Shown here: piece after piece, positions 61,301-64,000 of the stretch
How positions within the stretch are numbered: position 1 is the first letter of the stretch
How the letters are laid out: each line of letters begins with the position of its first letter
NCBI RefSeq assembly: GCF_009914755.1
Contig: NC_060926.1
Source: the human T2T-CHM13v2.0 reference genome, Homo sapiens
DNA length: 64,000 nucleotides
Reading direction: 5' to 3' (one strand)
The notes under the pieces: model-generated
What the model saw: only the letters and a program-made list of their open reading frames with translations
What the model was told of the DNA's origin: nothing
Database searches by the model: none
Program-made: the position numbers and the translations under genes

Positions 61301-61715
61301 TTAGATCTTCTTTGATTTCTTTTATGAGCATTTTGTGGTTTTCAGTATATAGATTCTGCACAAGTTTTATTAGATTTCTAGCTATGCATTTCATGATTTT
61401 TGAGTGAATGTAAATATTATTTAAAAAATATGTCCAATTAATTATTAGTACTATGTAGAAAAACAACTGTGTTTTTGCTTATTGGCCTTGTATCTGATGG
61501 CCTTGTCCAACTCTTTCATTAGTTATATAATTTTTTATAGATTCCTTGATATTTTCTGTGCAATCATATCTCCTGTAAGTGGGGATTTTCATTTATTCCT
61601 TTCCACTCTGTGTATATTTTATTTCTTTTTCTTGTTATATTGAACTGACTTAATTTTCCAGCATGATATTGAATGAGACTGGTATGAGTGGCCATTTTTG
61701 TCTTACTCCCTATCT
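58330..61715 (-). mobile_element. Nested L1MB/L1MC/MD 3' fragments, antisense
   Basis: Reverse L1M 3'UTR and ORF2 motifs; minus ORFs 61108-61466 resemble ORF2 (LIKEIKEDLNKWRDI). Confidence 0.75.
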
Positions 61716-61724
61716 TAGAAAAAA

Positions 61725-62446
61725 AGGACAAAACAAAAAAGAAAACTAAATACCAATATCCCTGATGAACATAGATGCAAAAATCCTTAACAAAATACTA
61801 GCTAACCAACAGTATATCAATAGGATAATCCACCATAATCAAGTGGGTTTCATACCAGGGATGCAGGGATGGTTTCACATACGCAAGTCAATAAATGTGA
61901 TACAGAACATAAAAATAATTAAAAATGAAAATCCCGTGATCATCTCAATAGGTGCAGAAAAAGCATTTGACAAAATCCAGCATTTCTTTATTATTAAAAC
62001 CCTCAGCAAATTCGGCGTACAAGGGACATACCTCAATGTAATAAAAGCCATCTATGACAAACCCACAGCCGACATAATACTGAATGGGGAAATGTTGAAA
62101 GAATTTCCTCTAAGAACTGGAACAAGAAAAGGATGCCCACTCTTACCACTTCTACTCAATATAGTACTGGAAGTCCTAGCCAGAGCAATCAGACAAGGGG
62201 AAGAAATAAAGGGAATCCAAATTGTTAAAGAGGAAGTTAAACTGTCGCTGTTTGCTGATGATATGATCGTTTACCTAGAAAACCCTAAAGACTCCTCCAA
62301 AAAGCTCCTAGAATTGATAAATGAATTCAGCAAAGTTTCAGGATACAAAATTTACTGTACACAAATCAGTAGCTCTGCTGTACACCAACAGCAACCAAGC
62401 TGAGAATCAAATCAATAACAACACCTTTTACATTAGCTACAAAAAT
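61725..62446 (+). mobile_element. Internal L1PB-like ORF2 fragment covering the RT core, truncated at both ends
   Basis: ORF 61765-62403 reads [14 protein letters not shown]...GCPL...[13 protein letters not shown]. It ends at an internal A-rich site with no 3'UTR. Confidence 0.9.
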
Positions 62447-63166
62447 ATATGTATTTTTTAATTCTAATTTTAGCCAAGTAATTTCCAGATTGTACAATTT
62501 TGCATTAGAACCAGTAGTGTACCAGAGTTTCACATCTCTGCTATTATTTGCTATTGTCAAGCTACTAAATTTTAACCCTTCAACAGGGCATGAATAGCAG
62601 TATCTCATTGTTCTTTCAATTGCTTGTTCCTTCAATTTGTATCTTGTTTTTTGATGAATATGGGTAGTGAGATCCTTTGCATTTGGTTTTCAGTAAGTCT
62701 AAAGTCTTCTTTTGTGAGGTGCTCATTAAAACATTTGACTCATCTTCAACTGCTTTTTTATTCTTATTGTTGACTTGTAAGCATTTTTTACATATTCTAG
62801 ATAGTTCTTTGACACTACGTTTGCAGGTAGTTTCTATTAACTGCCTTTTATTTTCACAACACTGTCTTTTAAAGAACAGCTATATTTAATGTCAATAAAG
62901 TGAATTTATCATATTTCCATGATGCCTATGGTTTTGGTGTTCTAAGAAATCTTTGCCTGTGAAAATATTCTCCACCCCTGCACACACTCTGCTGAAGGCA
63001 AAGATATTTATACATTTGTATTTTGCTTGGATTTTACTCCTACTCACTCTCTGATCAGTATCCATGTTGTTATAATCTGGAATAATATTTCAAATTGCTG
63101 TTAAGGTAATTATTTAATAGTATCAATATTTATTTATATCTAACATGTTTAATTGATATGTGTGTT

Positions 63167-63205
63167 GTCTACAGCCATACCACCTGAACATACCAGATCT
63201 CTTCT
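63167..63205 (+). pseudogene. 3'-truncated (tailless) 5S rRNA retropseudogene, ~39 nt
   Basis: gtctacagccataccacctgaacataccagatctcttct aligns to the 5S 5' end (gtctacggccataccaccctgaacgcgcccgatctcgtct). 16-bp TSD aattgatatgtgtgtt (63151-63166) / aactgatatgtgtgct (63206-63221). Confidence 0.88.
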
Positions 63206-64000
63206 AACTGATATGTGTGCTCTTTACTGCTTCTTGAAACACCCATTTTATTCTGAATCCACTTTTCTTTTTTTGCTGAAGTACATTCTCTATTAATGTG
63301 TTTAACAGGTGAACTTTCCGAGTTCTTGCATGACTAGAGAACCCTGGTCCTTGCATGGTGATAAAGATAGAAAACCATTCCTGATTTAAAGTAACTTTCT
63401 CTTTTCCTAGAAATTTGAAGCAAGCCTTATTCTCATTTTGTTGAATATAAATGATAAGTGTGAAAAAATGATGTGTTCGATTCTTAGTGAAGTATTTTAA
63501 AATAACAGTTCTACTAAGTTTTGGAGAAAGTCTCAGGCACTCTTCTTTATTTTCTTTTCCCTTTTGTTCTTTTAACTCAATGATTTTGGATCTACTTTTA
63601 GATGCATATTGGAAAGTCTTAATATATCCTCCATGACTGTTCATTTGTATTTCATATTTTATATCTCTTCACTTTTTTTAATTTTGTACAGGAAGATTTT
63701 CTTAGCTCCTTATCAATATCCATTCTGTTATTTGGACATTATATTAAGTTAAATTTGTTATTTGAATAGGTATATTTTATTTCCAAAATTTTGAATGTTT
63801 TTAAATAATTGCTTTTTATTTTATGTATGTGTCATTTCACTATTAAATGATCTTTTTCAGTTGGCTCTATTATTTGTGTTTCCTTGGCTGCTACTTTCAC
63901 TTACTATCAAGCAGTATTCAACATTAGATATTTGGTGATAGGTACTTATTATCTACCACATGAGAATTCTGTGCTTCATGTGGGCTGCACAAACTCTGCA

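Noticed and set aside
63204-63644. 146-aa minus-strand ORF
   Set aside because: Lies in A-rich, degenerate L1-like sequence with no recognisable motif.

Overview
This is AT-rich primate (most likely human) genomic DNA, with no intact protein-coding gene that I can support. It is dominated by transposable-element fossils: young and old LINE-1 (L1PA2, L1PA3/4, L1PA15/16, L1PB, L1M), Alu/FLAM/FRAM, MaLR solo LTRs, MIR/L2 and hAT DNA transposons. It also holds a 5'-truncated, 5'-inverted processed pseudogene of SET, a tailless 5S rRNA retropseudogene, and two very old LTR-retroelement integrase relics (one ERVL-like, one Ty3/Gypsy-like). The strongest pattern is a set of up to five inverted (twin-primed-type) retrotransposition products, two tailless L1 fragments that look like non-classical insertions, and several short tandem duplications, including a 57-bp x3 repeat across a MER5/MER5 junction. 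I found no convincing evidence of a new functional system. Subfamily calls come from recalled consensus motifs and need RepeatMasker/Dfam confirmation. Boundaries of the old elements are approximate.
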